A DNA stretch of 64,000 nucleotides from a bacterium (lineage in GTDB: Bacteria; Patescibacteriota; Gracilibacteria; UBA1369; GCA-2718715): NCBI GenBank assembly GCA_018662325.1, contig JABJGM010000014.1, positions 8,237 to 72,236 on the forward strand, in the 5' to 3' direction. The notes under the pieces are model-generated. The model was given only the letters and a program-made list of their open reading frames with translations. It made no database searches and had not been told where the DNA came from. Position 1 is the stretch's first letter. Each line of letters starts with the position of its first letter. Of the stretch, positions 49,198 to 60,461 are shown piece by piece. Both the position numbers and the translations under genes were made by a program.

Positions 49198-51331
49198 AAG
49201 AAATTCTTCGTATCAAACTAATTAAATCGTCGTAATTAGTAATCTCAACAGAATGTAAAAAAAGCTTTTTATTATTATCATCAACACTTTGGTAATTTAA
49301 GTCATGAATTTTCAATCCAACTTTTGAAATTACTTCAGTAAAATCTCTTAAAAAACCTGGTCTATCAAGAAGTAAAATCTCAATATCTACAAACCATTTA
49401 GCAATTTTTTTATCCCACAAGACTTCAACTCTCCTATCTGGATTCATACTCTTTATGTTCTTACAGATTGTGGAATGAACAGTAATACCCTTATCTCTTG
49501 TAACATATCCTATAATAGGTCCTAAATACTTAACATCACAACAATCAGACAAAGTTAAATTAGGCTCAGATAGACCGCAAACAATCATTGAATTAACTAA
49601 GTTTTTCAGTGACTTTTCTTCCTTAATTTTTTTTAATTCTTCTACTTTTTTATCATCAGTTTTAGAGATAATTTCATCAAAGGAATAAATATTTTTTAAA
49701 ACAGATTGAGCTAGAATTTTACCAAGTCCGATCTCCTCTAATAATTTTTCTCTGTCATTTACAGTCAATCTATCGCCTTTGAAATTTTTTAAAACAGATA
49801 AATCAGAATCCAAAATAGGTTTACCAAAAGATAGTAAATATTTGTTTAAGATTTCTCTACCGGTTTTAATGTTTTTATCAAAATCTCGAGTTTTGAACCA
49901 ATGTTTAACTTTTTGTCTAGCACTGGCTGTAACAAGAAATGTAAGCCAATACTGGTTAGGTTCAGAGGTCTTTCTAGTAACAATCTCAACAACATCACCA
50001 TTTTTCAATTCATGATCTAAAGACACAACTAAACTATTAACTTTGGCTAAAACACAATGATGACCTAAATCAGTATGAACATTATAAGCAAAATCAATTG
50101 GAGTTGCTCCAACAGGTAAATCCTTCACATCACCATTTGGAGTTAATACAAATATACGATCATTAAACATATCCATCTGTAAACCTTGCATCAACTCACT
50201 ATTATCAGCTGTTGACTGAAAAGTATTTAGAGCATCAATCCAATTAGTTTGCATATCAAAATTCTTATGCTTACTTGCTTTTGAATCCTTATACAACCAA
50301 TGCGATGCAACACCGCTTTCAGCTTCATCATGCATTTCTTGAGTTCTAATTTGAATCTCTACAGGTCTATTAAAATCCTTTGGACCTAATCCAACTACTG
50401 AAGTATGTAAACTTCGGTACCCATTAGGCTTTGGAACAGCAACATAATCCTTAAATCTTTTACTAATAGGCGTCCACCTTTGATGAATCTTACCAAGAAG
50501 TTCATATAGCTTTAATTCATCCTCATTCGGCAAAACAACTCGAATAGCATAAACATCATACAAACTATCAATTGAAGACAATCCTTTTCTCTTCAATTTC
50601 TTATATATAGAAAATAAAGTTTTCAACCTAGCAGATACTGTAACTTTGAATCCCTGCTTGGTGAGCCACTTATGTAATAAATCTTTTTCTTTATCTATAA
50701 AATTATTATTTTGAGAAGCATATAATTCAAGCTCACTTCTTATAACATCATACATTTTAGGTTGCAAAAACTTAAAACAAAGATCTTCTAAGGCAGACTT
50801 AATTTTATAAATACCTAATCTACTTGCAATAGGTGCATATACATTTAAAGTTTCTCTAGCAATTCTTTCTTGCTTTTCTTTCCGTACATACTGAAGAGTT
50901 TCCATATTGTGCCACCTATCACATAATTTAATTAAAATAACTCGAATATCAGTTGCCATTGAAACAAACATTTTTCTAAGATTTTCAATTTCTGGTTCAT
51001 CGATTCTAGATCTAACTTTCGACAACTTTTCAAGACCTCTAACAAGGTTTGACACTGTTGGTCCAAAAACGTCTTCAATATCTTCTAGCGTTCTATCTGT
51101 ATCCTCTGATACATCATGCAATAAAGCAGCAACAACCATATCTTCATCAGGGTAAAAATCCAAAACTTTTATAGCAACTTCAATTGGATGTGTAATGTAA
51201 GGCTCTCCAGAAAATCTCTTTTGTCCTTCGTGAGCATGCGCAGCAAATTCAAAAGCCAATTGAATCCTTTTTACATCAAAATCATAAGCATGTTTCTTTA
51301 TCTTAGCCTTTAAATTGTCAAAATTAATCAT
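49160..51331 (-). CDS. rel: Bifunctional (p)ppGpp synthetase/hydrolase Rel
   Basis: GEPYITHP, LLHDVSED, KDYVAVPKPNGYRSLH, EIQIRT, TGS (TPIDFAY) and ACT domains. Confidence 0.96.
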   Translation of the reverse strand: MINFDNLKAKIKKHAYDFDVKRIQLAFEFAAHAHEGQKRFSGEPYITHPIEVAIKVLDFYPDEDMVVAALLHDVSEDTDRTLEDIEDVFGPTVSNLVRGLEKLSKVRSRIDEPEIENLRKMFVSMATDIRVILIKLCDRWHNMETLQYVRKEKQERIARETLNVYAPIASRLGIYKIKSALEDLCFKFLQPKMYDVIRSELELYASQNNNFIDKEKDLLHKWLTKQGFKVTVSARLKTLFSIYKKLKRKGLSSIDSLYDVYAIRVVLPNEDELKLYELLGKIHQRWTPISKRFKDYVAVPKPNGYRSLHTSVVGLGPKDFNRPVEIQIRTQEMHDEAESGVASHWLYKDSKASKHKNFDMQTNWIDALNTFQSTADNSELMQGLQMDMFNDRIFVLTPNGDVKDLPVGATPIDFAYNVHTDLGHHCVLAKVNSLVVSLDHELKNGDVVEIVTRKTSEPNQYWLTFLVTASARQKVKHWFKTRDFDKNIKTGREILNKYLLSFGKPILDSDLSVLKNFKGDRLTVNDREKLLEEIGLGKILAQSVLKNIYSFDEIISKTDDKKVEELKKIKEEKSLKNLVNSMIVCGLSEPNLTLSDCCDVKYLGPIIGYVTRDKGITVHSTICKNIKSMNPDRRVEVLWDKKIAKWFVDIEILLLDRPGFLRDFTEVISKVGLKIHDLNYQSVDDNNKKLFLHSVEITNYDDLISLIRRISSIAGVTSVSKVN

Positions 51332-51332
51332 A

Positions 51333-52259
51333 CTATTGGCTTAAATTTAAATTTGAACCTTCTACTTCAGTAAAAGTAACTCCTTTTATCAAAGCATCTT
51401 TATTAGATATAAGACCCTTTAACCTTGATTCAATTATATCATTTCGATTCGCAATTCGATCGAATACAATTTGTCTACTTTTTAGTTCATTAGTTAAAGC
51501 AGTTTTCCTTAAATTAACCTCCTTAAAATCTTGTAGAGTTAAATCTAATTCATAAGGATTTAAGTTATCCACATTATTTAAAAATTTATCCTCTAAGCTT
51601 TTGGCCAAAACAGAAGTTTCTTCAAGTTTATTTTTATAAGTTAAAATTTCCGATTGTAATTTTAAAATATTAGACTTCAATAACTCAAAATTAGTCACAT
51701 ACTCAGTAATATAAGAATCAAAAGCTTGCTGTCTATTAGTTTTAGAATCTAAATAGTTTCTAACATCAACATCATACAATGTTTTGATTTTTTTATAAGA
51801 TAATAAATATGTCTCAAGAACTAAGGTCAAATTATTAGCTTTTGCTATTTTATTAGAAGTTGTAAAAGTTTGAATATTTTTAATCTTTATAGCTGGTAAC
51901 ACACCAATTTGATTTACAGGATCCAAGGATGATGTCTTAGATGTATTTTGAGGAGTCAGATTATCATCTTTAGAAAAAAACCTATCAAACAGAGACTTTT
52001 CAGATTTAGAATCAAGAACTTGACTTTCTGAAGAGGAATCTTTTTCAGCAACATGGCGATCTGATGTGAAATAATTAAATAAGAAAACTGATAGTACAAT
52101 TAATATGACATACTTTAAAAAGCTAGCTTTCGTTAAGTTTAATTCTTCAAGAATTTTTTCAAATTTACTTTCTTTTAAGTCATCAGGTTCATCGATTTCC
52201 TCGAGTAATTGAGCAACTTTCTGAGATGTATCATCAAATGGATTATTATTCTCAGTCAT
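51333..52259 (-). CDS. Single-TM coiled-coil hypothetical protein
   Basis: TM at about aa 45-63; long helical C-terminus. Confidence 0.75.
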   Translation of the reverse strand: MTENNNPFDDTSQKVAQLLEEIDEPDDLKESKFEKILEELNLTKASFLKYVILIVLSVFLFNYFTSDRHVAEKDSSSESQVLDSKSEKSLFDRFFSKDDNLTPQNTSKTSSLDPVNQIGVLPAIKIKNIQTFTTSNKIAKANNLTLVLETYLLSYKKIKTLYDVDVRNYLDSKTNRQQAFDSYITEYVTNFELLKSNILKLQSEILTYKNKLEETSVLAKSLEDKFLNNVDNLNPYELDLTLQDFKEVNLRKTALTNELKSRQIVFDRIANRNDIIESRLKGLISNKDALIKGVTFTEVEGSNLNLSQ

Positions 52260-52373
52260 AATTAAAATTAATTAATTCAATTATATCATAAAAATGCTTA
52301 ATTATTCAAGAAGCTCTCTACATAACTAGTCAATTTCTTTGGGGAAAACAAAATTTTTATTTAAAATTTAAAT

Positions 52374-52637
52374 ATGAAAAAAGTTTACAACATCACTGAA
52401 TCAAAGAAAGTTAAAGTATTAGCTAAAGAGATAATTCAAGATTTACAAAAAAATCTACTGAAATTTCTACAGACTCAAGAAGAAAAATATTTAATAAAAA
52501 TAAATAAACATCATCAAGAGTTAAAGGATTTAAATCTTAAAATTATTAATCCTCTTACAGGCGAAATAAGTATACCAATTATAAAAAACGGTACAAAAAA
52601 AGACCATAAATGGTCTTTGGTTGAAAAAAAGAAATAA
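52374..52637 (+). CDS. Small hypothetical protein, possibly DUF2203-like
   Basis: Y...E.......I helix followed by LKIINPLTGEISIP...NG....W. Confidence 0.5.
   Translation: MKKVYNITESKKVKVLAKEIIQDLQKNLLKFLQTQEEKYLIKINKHHQELKDLNLKIINPLTGEISIPIIKNGTKKDHKWSLVEKKK
52595..52618 (-). terminator. Intrinsic terminator after rplY
   Basis: AAAGACCA-taaa-TGGTCTTT with U-run on the minus strand. Confidence 0.65.
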
Positions 52638-52639
52638 TA

Positions 52640-53197
52640 CTATTCAGATTTTCTTTTTGGCATAACTACTGTAGCAACCGAATGAAGTTTATCAGATAAA
52701 ATTTCAACTTTATCAGATACTTTTAAGTCAGATACATGAATAATTGAGTCTAAGTCAACAAGATTAGCAAGATCAACATCAATAGTTTCAGGCATATCAG
52801 GTGGTAAACATTTAACTGCAACTTCTTTCATGAAGAACTTTGGCACTGCAGCTAATTTCTTAACAGCTAAAGACTCACCAACAAAATTTAATGGTACTAA
52901 AACCTTAATAAGTTTAGTATCATCAAGAACCATAAAATCAATATGAATAATTCTATTTTTCATATAGTCTAATTGGGACTCTTTTATAATACAAACATGC
53001 TCTTTACCATCTAATTCAACAGCAACTTTAGTATTGTTTGATGATTTATTGATTAAACTTTTCAAATCTTCAATAACAAAAGAAATTGATTGACTAGCAA
53101 ATTTTGGACCATAGATTACACCAGGAACATTACCTGAAGCTCTAACTTCATCTGCATTTTGATTTTGCTCTCTTAGAGTAGCTTTAATTTTTAACAT
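52640..53197 (-). CDS. rplY: 50S ribosomal protein L25/Ctc
   Basis: VPGVIYG, HIDF, VPLNFVGES, PETIDVD, IHVSDL. Confidence 0.95.
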   Translation of the reverse strand: MLKIKATLREQNQNADEVRASGNVPGVIYGPKFASQSISFVIEDLKSLINKSSNNTKVAVELDGKEHVCIIKESQLDYMKNRIIHIDFMVLDDTKLIKVLVPLNFVGESLAVKKLAAVPKFFMKEVAVKCLPPDMPETIDVDLANLVDLDSIIHVSDLKVSDKVEILSDKLHSVATVVMPKRKSE

Positions 53198-53296
53198 AAT
53201 CTTTATTTAAAACTAGAAAGACAATACCGAAAATTATCTTGAAATGCAAGAAAAAATTGTGATAATATAAATTCAGTATTCCTAACAACATAAAAA

Positions 53297-53581
53297 GTGT
53301 TAAAAGACATAAAGAAATTAATGGAACTTCGAAAAGAAGCTAAAAACATTCAAGCAAAATTAAAAAAAATTCACATTGAAGCTTCTGACGATCAAAATGT
53401 AGTTAAAATTACTATGGATGCCGAACAAAAAGTTTTAAAAGTTGAAATATTAGAAGAAGTTGCAAAAGACAAACTAGAAAAAGCCTCAGTTGAAGCTATG
53501 AATAAAGCAATCAAAAAATCTCAAGAAATTGCAGCTGAAAACATGAAAGGTATACTTGGAGATCTAAGTGCTGGAATGTAA
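53297..53581 (+). CDS. YbaB/EbfC nucleoid-associated protein
   Basis: AKNIQAKL...VVKITMD.....VEI...AMNKAIKK. Confidence 0.85.
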   Translation: MLKDIKKLMELRKEAKNIQAKLKKIHIEASDDQNVVKITMDAEQKVLKVEILEEVAKDKLEKASVEAMNKAIKKSQEIAAENMKGILGDLSAGM

Positions 53582-54600
53582 TGAGATACTCTAACCCTAG
53601 AAGATTTCAAAGAAGAAAAAAACAAAATTCACCCCATAAAATCATAAAAATAATTGGGGTGGTTTTTTTGTTTGTTATTATACAAGGATATTATTACAAC
53701 TATCTGGTAAAAAGTAATCAAACTTTGATAAATCTTGAAATACAATCTGGAGAAAACTTAAGCCAAGTATCTTCAAGGTTAAAAGAATTAAATATAATAC
53801 AATCCGAATTTTTGTTTAAAAGATATTTAACAAAAAACGGATATGATAAACAAATTAAAAGTGGCGATTTTGAAATACCTACACAAATAAATATAAAAAA
53901 TTTAGCATCAATTTTAATTAATTCTCCTAAAGAAAGTTCAAAAATAACAATAATAGAAGGTGAAAAAATTTCTCAAATAGAAAATAAAAACAACTTTTCC
54001 AAAATAAACAGATGTTTAACACTGTGTAATATAGATAACTATTTTGAAAAATTTAATATCAAAAAACCTAAAACGCTAGAAGGTTTCATTTTCCCAGATA
54101 CATATTTTATAAGCTCAAGTGATAATTATCAAAATTTAATTAAAAAAGCTTTAGAAAACTTTGAAAATAAAACAGAAAATCTAAACTACAGCGACTTAAA
54201 CCATTTACCCGTAAGTAATTTTTACGAGGTTTTAATTGTTGCGTCTTTAATCGAAAAAGAAGTTATTTTAGAAAAAGATAAAGCTATGGTAAGTGGTATA
54301 ATTTACAAAAGATTAAAAAATGAATGGACATTAGGAATTGATGCAGCTTTACTATACGAAAAAAATGATAACAAAATAACCTATAAGGACTTAAATTCTG
54401 ACTCAAAGTACAACTTAAGAAAGATAAAAGGCTTACCACCTACTCCAATTTGCAATCCATCATTAACAAGTATAAAAGCGGCTCTCAATCCAAAAAGTTC
54501 AAATTACTGGTTCTATTTAACAAAACCAATCACAAATGAAGTTGTTTATTCAGTAAGCAACCAAGAACACAACATTAATAAAAATAAATACCTTAATTAG
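53581..54600 (+). CDS. mltG: Endolytic transglycosylase MltG
   Basis: TIIEG, LEGFIFPDTY, ASLIEKE, GLPPTPICNP, YWFY. Confidence 0.94.
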   Translation: MRYSNPRRFQRRKKQNSPHKIIKIIGVVFLFVIIQGYYYNYLVKSNQTLINLEIQSGENLSQVSSRLKELNIIQSEFLFKRYLTKNGYDKQIKSGDFEIPTQINIKNLASILINSPKESSKITIIEGEKISQIENKNNFSKINRCLTLCNIDNYFEKFNIKKPKTLEGFIFPDTYFISSSDNYQNLIKKALENFENKTENLNYSDLNHLPVSNFYEVLIVASLIEKEVILEKDKAMVSGIIYKRLKNEWTLGIDAALLYEKNDNKITYKDLNSDSKYNLRKIKGLPPTPICNPSLTSIKAALNPKSSNYWFYLTKPITNEVVYSVSNQEHNINKNKYLN

Positions 54601-56182
54601 AATTATAATTAATTAACACCTCTAAAGATGGACTTTTTTGTCCGTCTTTTTCATATGAAATATTCAACTTATTATTACCAACTTTAAGATTATTAAAACC
54701 TTCACTTAAAATATAATGAAAACGTGTTTGACCTTCTTTGAACATAGTCAAATCAAATCCATTAATAGTTACCTTTGAAGATCCTTTGGGCACAGAACCT
54801 ACTATATAGGCTCTATTGGTATCTAAATTAAAACCACTAACATAGGGTATATCATTAATTGTAGATACAATGGGCAAATTGATATCAGAAACTACTTCAT
54901 TAGTTTGTGTATCTTCAACAGTAGATTCAGAAGGAGTCAGATTTTCATCGTTATCATCAATTAAATTTTCTGTATTTATTACCTGATCAGGATCTCTAAA
55001 AACAAATTCTAAACTAGAAGATGGACTCTCATTACCGTTTGTATCAATTGCTACAACTTCAAAACGATTAATACCTGGGAACAAGTTCCCTCTTTCAGGA
55101 TCACTAAAAGCATAGTAAACAAAATCCTCTGTATTAGAAACATATTCTTTTAATATATACTTCAAAGGTTCTTTTTCTTCAAAACTAACAATCATAACCT
55201 TAGCAGTATCTGGTGGAACTTTACCTAACAACTTAATCCTCTTATCAGTGATAACCTCATTAGACTTAGGATAGGTAAAATAAGGAGTAGTAGATTTATC
55301 GATAGATTGAACATCAGCCTCTTCATCTAAAGATTTATTAACATTATCAATTTGATTTTGAAGATCTTTAAACCCAATATTAGAATCATCTTCAAAAACA
55401 TCATCAAAAGAAATTGAAACATTATTATTATCATAAAAAGTATTCCACTTGTACCAATTAGATAAATAAACTGAAGAATTTGTTTTTGATTTAATTAATG
55501 GAGCTTTATTTACCAAGAAATCAGAATAAGAATTGTTATCTAAGAGCAAAGAGGTATTTGATTCAACTCGAAATTTATCTATTTCATTAGAAGTGTCTAA
55601 ATCTTTAACAACAGCTAAAGCCTGTCCTGCAAACATAGATAGACTCTCAGGAAGATTTGATTTATATGTTAAAACTGAATTCTGGGTCTGGATATCTAAA
55701 TAACTCGATCCTAGTAAAATTTGCTCGGCATTATTATTAGAATTAACCCAAACTCTACCAGATTTAAAGTTTAAATTAAGAGTATCTAAATTATCATTAG
55801 AATCAAAGTTATATGTAAAATTACTTGATTGATCAACTCTAAACTTAGAACCATTCTTAGATTCTAGAACTAAAGCAGAATCAAAAGGAACAGTGATTAT
55901 GGACCCAGATAAAACCGGATCATTTAAACTTAATGAATTTGAAACTTGATTTAAAGAAGTGGTAACTTTTCCTGTTATAGCTTTAACCACTAAAGCATTA
56001 TCTAGAGATTCAACGGAAGAACTACTCAAAGAATCTCCAAATATTGAAAAAAACTGTGTAAATAAAAAAACCAATAAAACACCTAAAAAAGGAAAAAGAT
56101 AAAAAGAAACACCTTTAGATGAATTTTTTTTACGATTTCTTTTAGAATTTCTTCGATTTCTTCTGTAGTACATTTGATCCAT
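54593..56182 (-). CDS. Single-TM protein with FecR-like beta domain and C-terminal Ig-like domains
   Basis: Basic N-terminus plus TM; GS.FRVDQSS...L...GRVW; GINRFEVVAID.NGNES; LKVGNN. Confidence 0.65.
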   Translation of the reverse strand: MDQMYYRRNRRNSKRNRKKNSSKGVSFYLFPFLGVLLVFLFTQFFSIFGDSLSSSSVESLDNALVVKAITGKVTTSLNQVSNSLSLNDPVLSGSIITVPFDSALVLESKNGSKFRVDQSSNFTYNFDSNDNLDTLNLNFKSGRVWVNSNNNAEQILLGSSYLDIQTQNSVLTYKSNLPESLSMFAGQALAVVKDLDTSNEIDKFRVESNTSLLLDNNSYSDFLVNKAPLIKSKTNSSVYLSNWYKWNTFYDNNNVSISFDDVFEDDSNIGFKDLQNQIDNVNKSLDEEADVQSIDKSTTPYFTYPKSNEVITDKRIKLLGKVPPDTAKVMIVSFEEKEPLKYILKEYVSNTEDFVYYAFSDPERGNLFPGINRFEVVAIDTNGNESPSSSLEFVFRDPDQVINTENLIDDNDENLTPSESTVEDTQTNEVVSDINLPIVSTINDIPYVSGFNLDTNRAYIVGSVPKGSSKVTINGFDLTMFKEGQTRFHYILSEGFNNLKVGNNKLNISYEKDGQKSPSLEVLINYNSN

Positions 56183-56184
56183 TT

Positions 56185-57639
56185 CTATAAATTTAAATTT
56201 TGCTTTATTGAGTTAATAAGGTTATTTAATTTCACATCTTTTTTCAAGCCCTTTTCAATTTTTTGACAGGCGTGCATAATAGTAGTGTGATTTCTACCAC
56301 CAAACTCATGTCCAATTTTTTCAAAAGATAAGCTGAAATCAATTCTTAAAATATATATACATAATTGACGTGGAACCATTATGTCCCTAGTTCGTCTTGA
56401 TCCGATTAAATCAAATTTAGTTAAAGAAAAGAAAGCCGCTACAGACTCAATAACTTGAGAAGGAGTTAAAGCTATGTTTTTTTCTTCGGTATAATTTTGA
56501 TTAGATGGAAATGCCGTTGAGTTCAAAGCTAACTTACCTAATTTTTGTAAAATTTTTGTAACTGATCCAATAGTTGGAGGCGCACCCTCTAACCTACTTT
56601 GTGCAATAACCTGTGTCAAAATACCTTCCAACTCACGAATAGAAGAGTTAATATTTACAGCAATAAATTCTAGTACTTCAGAAGATATAATGGCATGTAA
56701 TTCCTGTGCTTTAGACATTAGAATAGCTAGACACGTCTCGTAATCAGGTAAAGTAACATCTACTATCATTCCCATTTCAAATCTTGATACAAGGCGATCC
56801 TCAACCCCCTCAAGGTCTGAAGGTGGTTTATCAGAGCTAATAATAATTTGCTTGTTCTCATGATACAGTTCATTAAAGGTGTGAAAAAATTCTTCTTGTG
56901 TTCTTCCCTTCCCAGCCAGAAATTGAATATCATCAATAACTAAGCAGTCAACTTTTCTATATTTTGCCCGAAAACCTCTAACATTATTTTTTTTGATTGC
57001 CTCAACAATTTCATTAGTAAATTTTTCAGCAGTTAAATAAACAACAACGTAATCTTTATAATTATTTAAAACTGCATTTCCACAAGCTTGTAATAAATGA
57101 GTTTTACCCAAGCCTACATCACCATAAATAAATAAAGGATTATAAGAACTACCAGGACTCTTTGAAACAGCTTGACAAGCAGCAAATGCCAAACGTGAAT
57201 TAGTACCTACCACGAAACTAGATAACTGGTATTTAGGATTCAACATTTTAGAAACAATAGTTTGATCCTGACCACTTGAATTAGAAAATTTATAACTAAT
57301 TTCATTTCTATTCGAAATTTTACGTGCCTTTCTTTTACTTGAATCTAAAATATTTGTAACATCAACTCCTTTAGAATCTGACTTTAAAGTAGTATCTATC
57401 GCAAACTCAACAGGTTGATTAAATCCTAAACCTTTTAATTCATCACAAATAAAATCCTTATATTTTTTTTCAAACCAATCCTTAGCAAAAATACTTGGAA
57501 CACCGACGATAGTATTTTTATCATTCTGACTTAATATATTAGTATCTTGAAACCAAACTAAAAAATCAGTTTTCTTAACCTGTTTCGAAACAGATTTTAA
57601 TACATCAATCCATAAATTTGTTAAATTACTAACGGTCAT
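56185..57639 (-). CDS. dnaA: Chromosomal replication initiator DnaA
   Basis: YNPLFIYGDVGLGKTHL, IDDIQF, RLVSRF, RELEG, GGRNHTT. Confidence 0.98.
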   Translation of the reverse strand: MTVSNLTNLWIDVLKSVSKQVKKTDFLVWFQDTNILSQNDKNTIVGVPSIFAKDWFEKKYKDFICDELKGLGFNQPVEFAIDTTLKSDSKGVDVTNILDSSKRKARKISNRNEISYKFSNSSGQDQTIVSKMLNPKYQLSSFVVGTNSRLAFAACQAVSKSPGSSYNPLFIYGDVGLGKTHLLQACGNAVLNNYKDYVVVYLTAEKFTNEIVEAIKKNNVRGFRAKYRKVDCLVIDDIQFLAGKGRTQEEFFHTFNELYHENKQIIISSDKPPSDLEGVEDRLVSRFEMGMIVDVTLPDYETCLAILMSKAQELHAIISSEVLEFIAVNINSSIRELEGILTQVIAQSRLEGAPPTIGSVTKILQKLGKLALNSTAFPSNQNYTEEKNIALTPSQVIESVAAFFSLTKFDLIGSRRTRDIMVPRQLCIYILRIDFSLSFEKIGHEFGGRNHTTIMHACQKIEKGLKKDVKLNNLINSIKQNLNL

Positions 57640-57652
57640 AAAATTTAGTTGG

Positions 57653-59176
57653 TTACAATCTTATAATATCAAAAATAGTTACAATTAAAATAAAAAACAT
57701 TAAAAGTCCAAAAGAAACTAACGTAAGAAGATTAACATACTTCCTAGAGACTGGTTTACCAAGAATTGCCTCCCATAAAACAATCATAATTCTTCCACCA
57801 TCTAGAACAGGAATCGGAAGAATATTAATTGCAGCTAAAGTTAAAGAAATCAAGGCTATAAATTGCATTAATTGAGTACCACCAATTGAAACATAATCAT
57901 AACTCATTTTAAAAACAGCTACTGGTCCGCCAACGTCTTTACTAACTTCAAAACTCGTAAAAAAACTAAATATAGTTTCAACAAATGATTTCATTATAGT
58001 CCAAGACATAGAAAAACCATCTTTAAAAGATGTTAAAAAAGCACTAAAAAATGGCAGCTTAACATCAGCAATATCATTGATAGTGTAAACTAAAGAATCA
58101 AGATAAAAGGTGCTATTTAAATCAATTGAATTATAAATAGGATTCAAAACCATACCCGTAATGCCTTTTGAATCAGGTGTAATACTAAGATTTAAAGAGT
58201 TCTTAGTTAAATCATTAAAAGAATAGATGATACTATCTTGATCTAAATCCTGAACAAATTTTGAAAAATTCTGAATTTGATTAACATCTACATTATTAAC
58301 AGCAGTCAAAGTAAATCCTTTTTTAACACCCGCAGACATAGCACTTGAATCTTTATAAACATCTAAGACTGTAAATTCAGAAACCACAGAACCAAGCTGA
58401 ATATCTCTAATTTCCTGAGTTTTAGGATTCATAACGCTTAAGTAAACATTATCCTTAGGATCATTTAAATTTGTTAAAAAATCTTGATAAGATGAAAAAT
58501 TATTTGAATTAACAGATAAAATTAAATCATTCTTTTGAAACAACTGACTATCACTTAAGATATTAAGAACAGGCAGTTCTATAAAATTTTTAAATTTAAT
58601 ACCAAATTCTCTTAAAGCTGAAATATCATCAAACTCTAAATTTGAATCAACCAAGTATTTACCATCTATAAGTTCTATACTGGAATCTAAGGTGATTTGA
58701 GATTCGGCATCTGAACCTTTTACCAAAGAATCAATTTCCAATCCAGGTGAAACCTGAATTTGATCTGTATTAATTTCATTTACAAACTGATCATAGCTTT
58801 GAATTAATTTAGGAACACCAAACGAAAAAGCTGCTGTCATTAAGACTAAATAAACTAAAAAATTCATAAAAACCCCAGCAAGTAAAATTTTAATTTTTTG
58901 CCATGGAGTTTTATAAACAAAGGATTTTGATTTTATTAACTTTGAAGAAGAGTCATCTGCAGTATCACCGTGCAATTTCACATACCCACCTAATGGTAAT
59001 AAGGCAAAAGAAAACTTAGTCCCCCCTTTTTTAAAAGAGATTAATCTAGGAGGAAAACCAATAGAAAACTCTTCAACTTTCACACCATTTCTTTTAGCTG
59101 CTAAATAATGACCAAATTCATGTATGAATATTAGAAAATAAACAATAATAAAAACAATAAAAATATTAAAAAACAT
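57653..59176 (-). CDS. rseP: RIP metalloprotease RseP (M50) with PDZ domains
   Basis: HEFGH, PLGGYV, AGVFMN, GPV, NILPIPVLDGG. Confidence 0.93.
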   Translation of the reverse strand: MFFNIFIVFIIVYFLIFIHEFGHYLAAKRNGVKVEEFSIGFPPRLISFKKGGTKFSFALLPLGGYVKLHGDTADDSSSKLIKSKSFVYKTPWQKIKILLAGVFMNFLVYLVLMTAAFSFGVPKLIQSYDQFVNEINTDQIQVSPGLEIDSLVKGSDAESQITLDSSIELIDGKYLVDSNLEFDDISALREFGIKFKNFIELPVLNILSDSQLFQKNDLILSVNSNNFSSYQDFLTNLNDPKDNVYLSVMNPKTQEIRDIQLGSVVSEFTVLDVYKDSSAMSAGVKKGFTLTAVNNVDVNQIQNFSKFVQDLDQDSIIYSFNDLTKNSLNLSITPDSKGITGMVLNPIYNSIDLNSTFYLDSLVYTINDIADVKLPFFSAFLTSFKDGFSMSWTIMKSFVETIFSFFTSFEVSKDVGGPVAVFKMSYDYVSIGGTQLMQFIALISLTLAAINILPIPVLDGGRIMIVLWEAILGKPVSRKYVNLLTLVSFGLLMFFILIVTIFDIIRL

Positions 59177-59179
59177 AAA

Positions 59180-59737
59180 TTAAACTTTTAAAATATCAGA
59201 CTCTTTTTCCTTTGTTTTATTATCGATTGTAGTATTTGCAACATCGACAATTTCCTGTAGTTTCTTTTCAAATGAAGTCATATCATCTCTTGAAATTTCA
59301 TCACTTGAAAGTAAATCTTTAACTCTTTGAATTTGCTTCTGTCGAGCTTGTCTTACAGTAACCTTAGTTTCCTCAGAAACTTTTTTAACAACTTTAACTA
59401 AATCTCGTCTTCTTTCTTCGGTTAAAGGAGGAATATTTATAATAATACTGTCTGCAAGTGTATTTGGATTTAAATTCAAATTTGCAGAAATTATACCAGT
59501 TTCAATAGACTTAAGTATTGATTTATCAAAAGGCTTAATTGATACGGTTTTATTATCTGGAATTGTAATTTGAGCTACATTTTTCATTGGTTGAGAACTC
59601 CCATAAGCAATAATAGAAATATCTTCAAACAATGATGAACTTGCTCTTCCAGTTTGAAGTTTAGAAAATTCATAATCCATATGATCTACAGATTTTTTAA
59701 ATTCTGAATTAAAAGCGTCATAATATTCATTAAACAT
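59180..59737 (-). CDS. frr: Ribosome recycling factor
   Basis: TGRAS, PFDKS, PPLTEERRRDLVK. Confidence 0.96.
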   Translation of the reverse strand: MFNEYYDAFNSEFKKSVDHMDYEFSKLQTGRASSSLFEDISIIAYGSSQPMKNVAQITIPDNKTVSIKPFDKSILKSIETGIISANLNLNPNTLADSIIINIPPLTEERRRDLVKVVKKVSEETKVTVRQARQKQIQRVKDLLSSDEISRDDMTSFEKKLQEIVDVANTTIDNKTKEKESDILKV

Positions 59738-59746
59738 AGAAAAAAA

Positions 59747-60457
59747 TTAATTATTAGATGTTACTAGTGTACCTAAATTTGGATTATTGTAAACGTCTTC
59801 TAAATTCTTTAAATTAGTAAAATCAAAAACCAAAATAGGAAGATCATTCTCTTTAGCTAGTCCAAAAGCACCTAAATCCATAATATTTAAACCGCGAGAA
59901 ATAGCTTCATTAAAAGTTAAATTCTGAAATTTTATGGCATTCTTATCTTTCATAGGATCAGAAGTGTAAATACCATTAACTTTAGTAGCCTTTAAAACAA
60001 CATCACAATCAAGCTCAAGAGCTCTTAATACAGAAGCTGAATCTGTAGTCACAAAAGGACTACCTGTTCCGCCAGCTAGAACCGTGATTTTTTTATCATT
60101 AAATGATTTTCTAGCATTATGTGGAGAATAAAAGTCTATTAATCTATCATTACCAAAAGCACTAAAACAAGCAACACTCTGGGTATATTTTAAAATAGCC
60201 TCCTTCAATAAGACTGCGTTATAATTTGTAGCTAACATACCAAGCATATCAGATGTATTTCTATTTAAAGATAAATGTTTATTATCACGAAATCTCCAAA
60301 TATTTCCAGCACCAACTACAATTGCTAAACACACGTCATATTTTTGCTGAAAGCTAACTAAAGTTTTAGCTAGATTTTCAATTTTTTTAGGGTCAAAAGA
60401 ACTAGACTCCGAAGACAACAAATCACCAGAAATCTTTAAAAGTAATTTTTTATACAT
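59747..60457 (-). CDS. pyrH: UMP kinase
   Basis: LKISGD, VGAGNIWR, DMLGMLAT, GTGSPFVTTD, GIYTSDP. Confidence 0.96.
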   Translation of the reverse strand: MYKKLLLKISGDLLSSESSSFDPKKIENLAKTLVSFQQKYDVCLAIVVGAGNIWRFRDNKHLSLNRNTSDMLGMLATNYNAVLLKEAILKYTQSVACFSAFGNDRLIDFYSPHNARKSFNDKKITVLAGGTGSPFVTTDSASVLRALELDCDVVLKATKVNGIYTSDPMKDKNAIKFQNLTFNEAISRGLNIMDLGAFGLAKENDLPILVFDFTNLKNLEDVYNNPNLGTLVTSNN

Positions 60458-60461
60458 AAAC

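Noticed and set aside
35870..51573. DnaA boxes at 35870 and 51565 as oriC
   Set aside because: Single, intragenic and far apart
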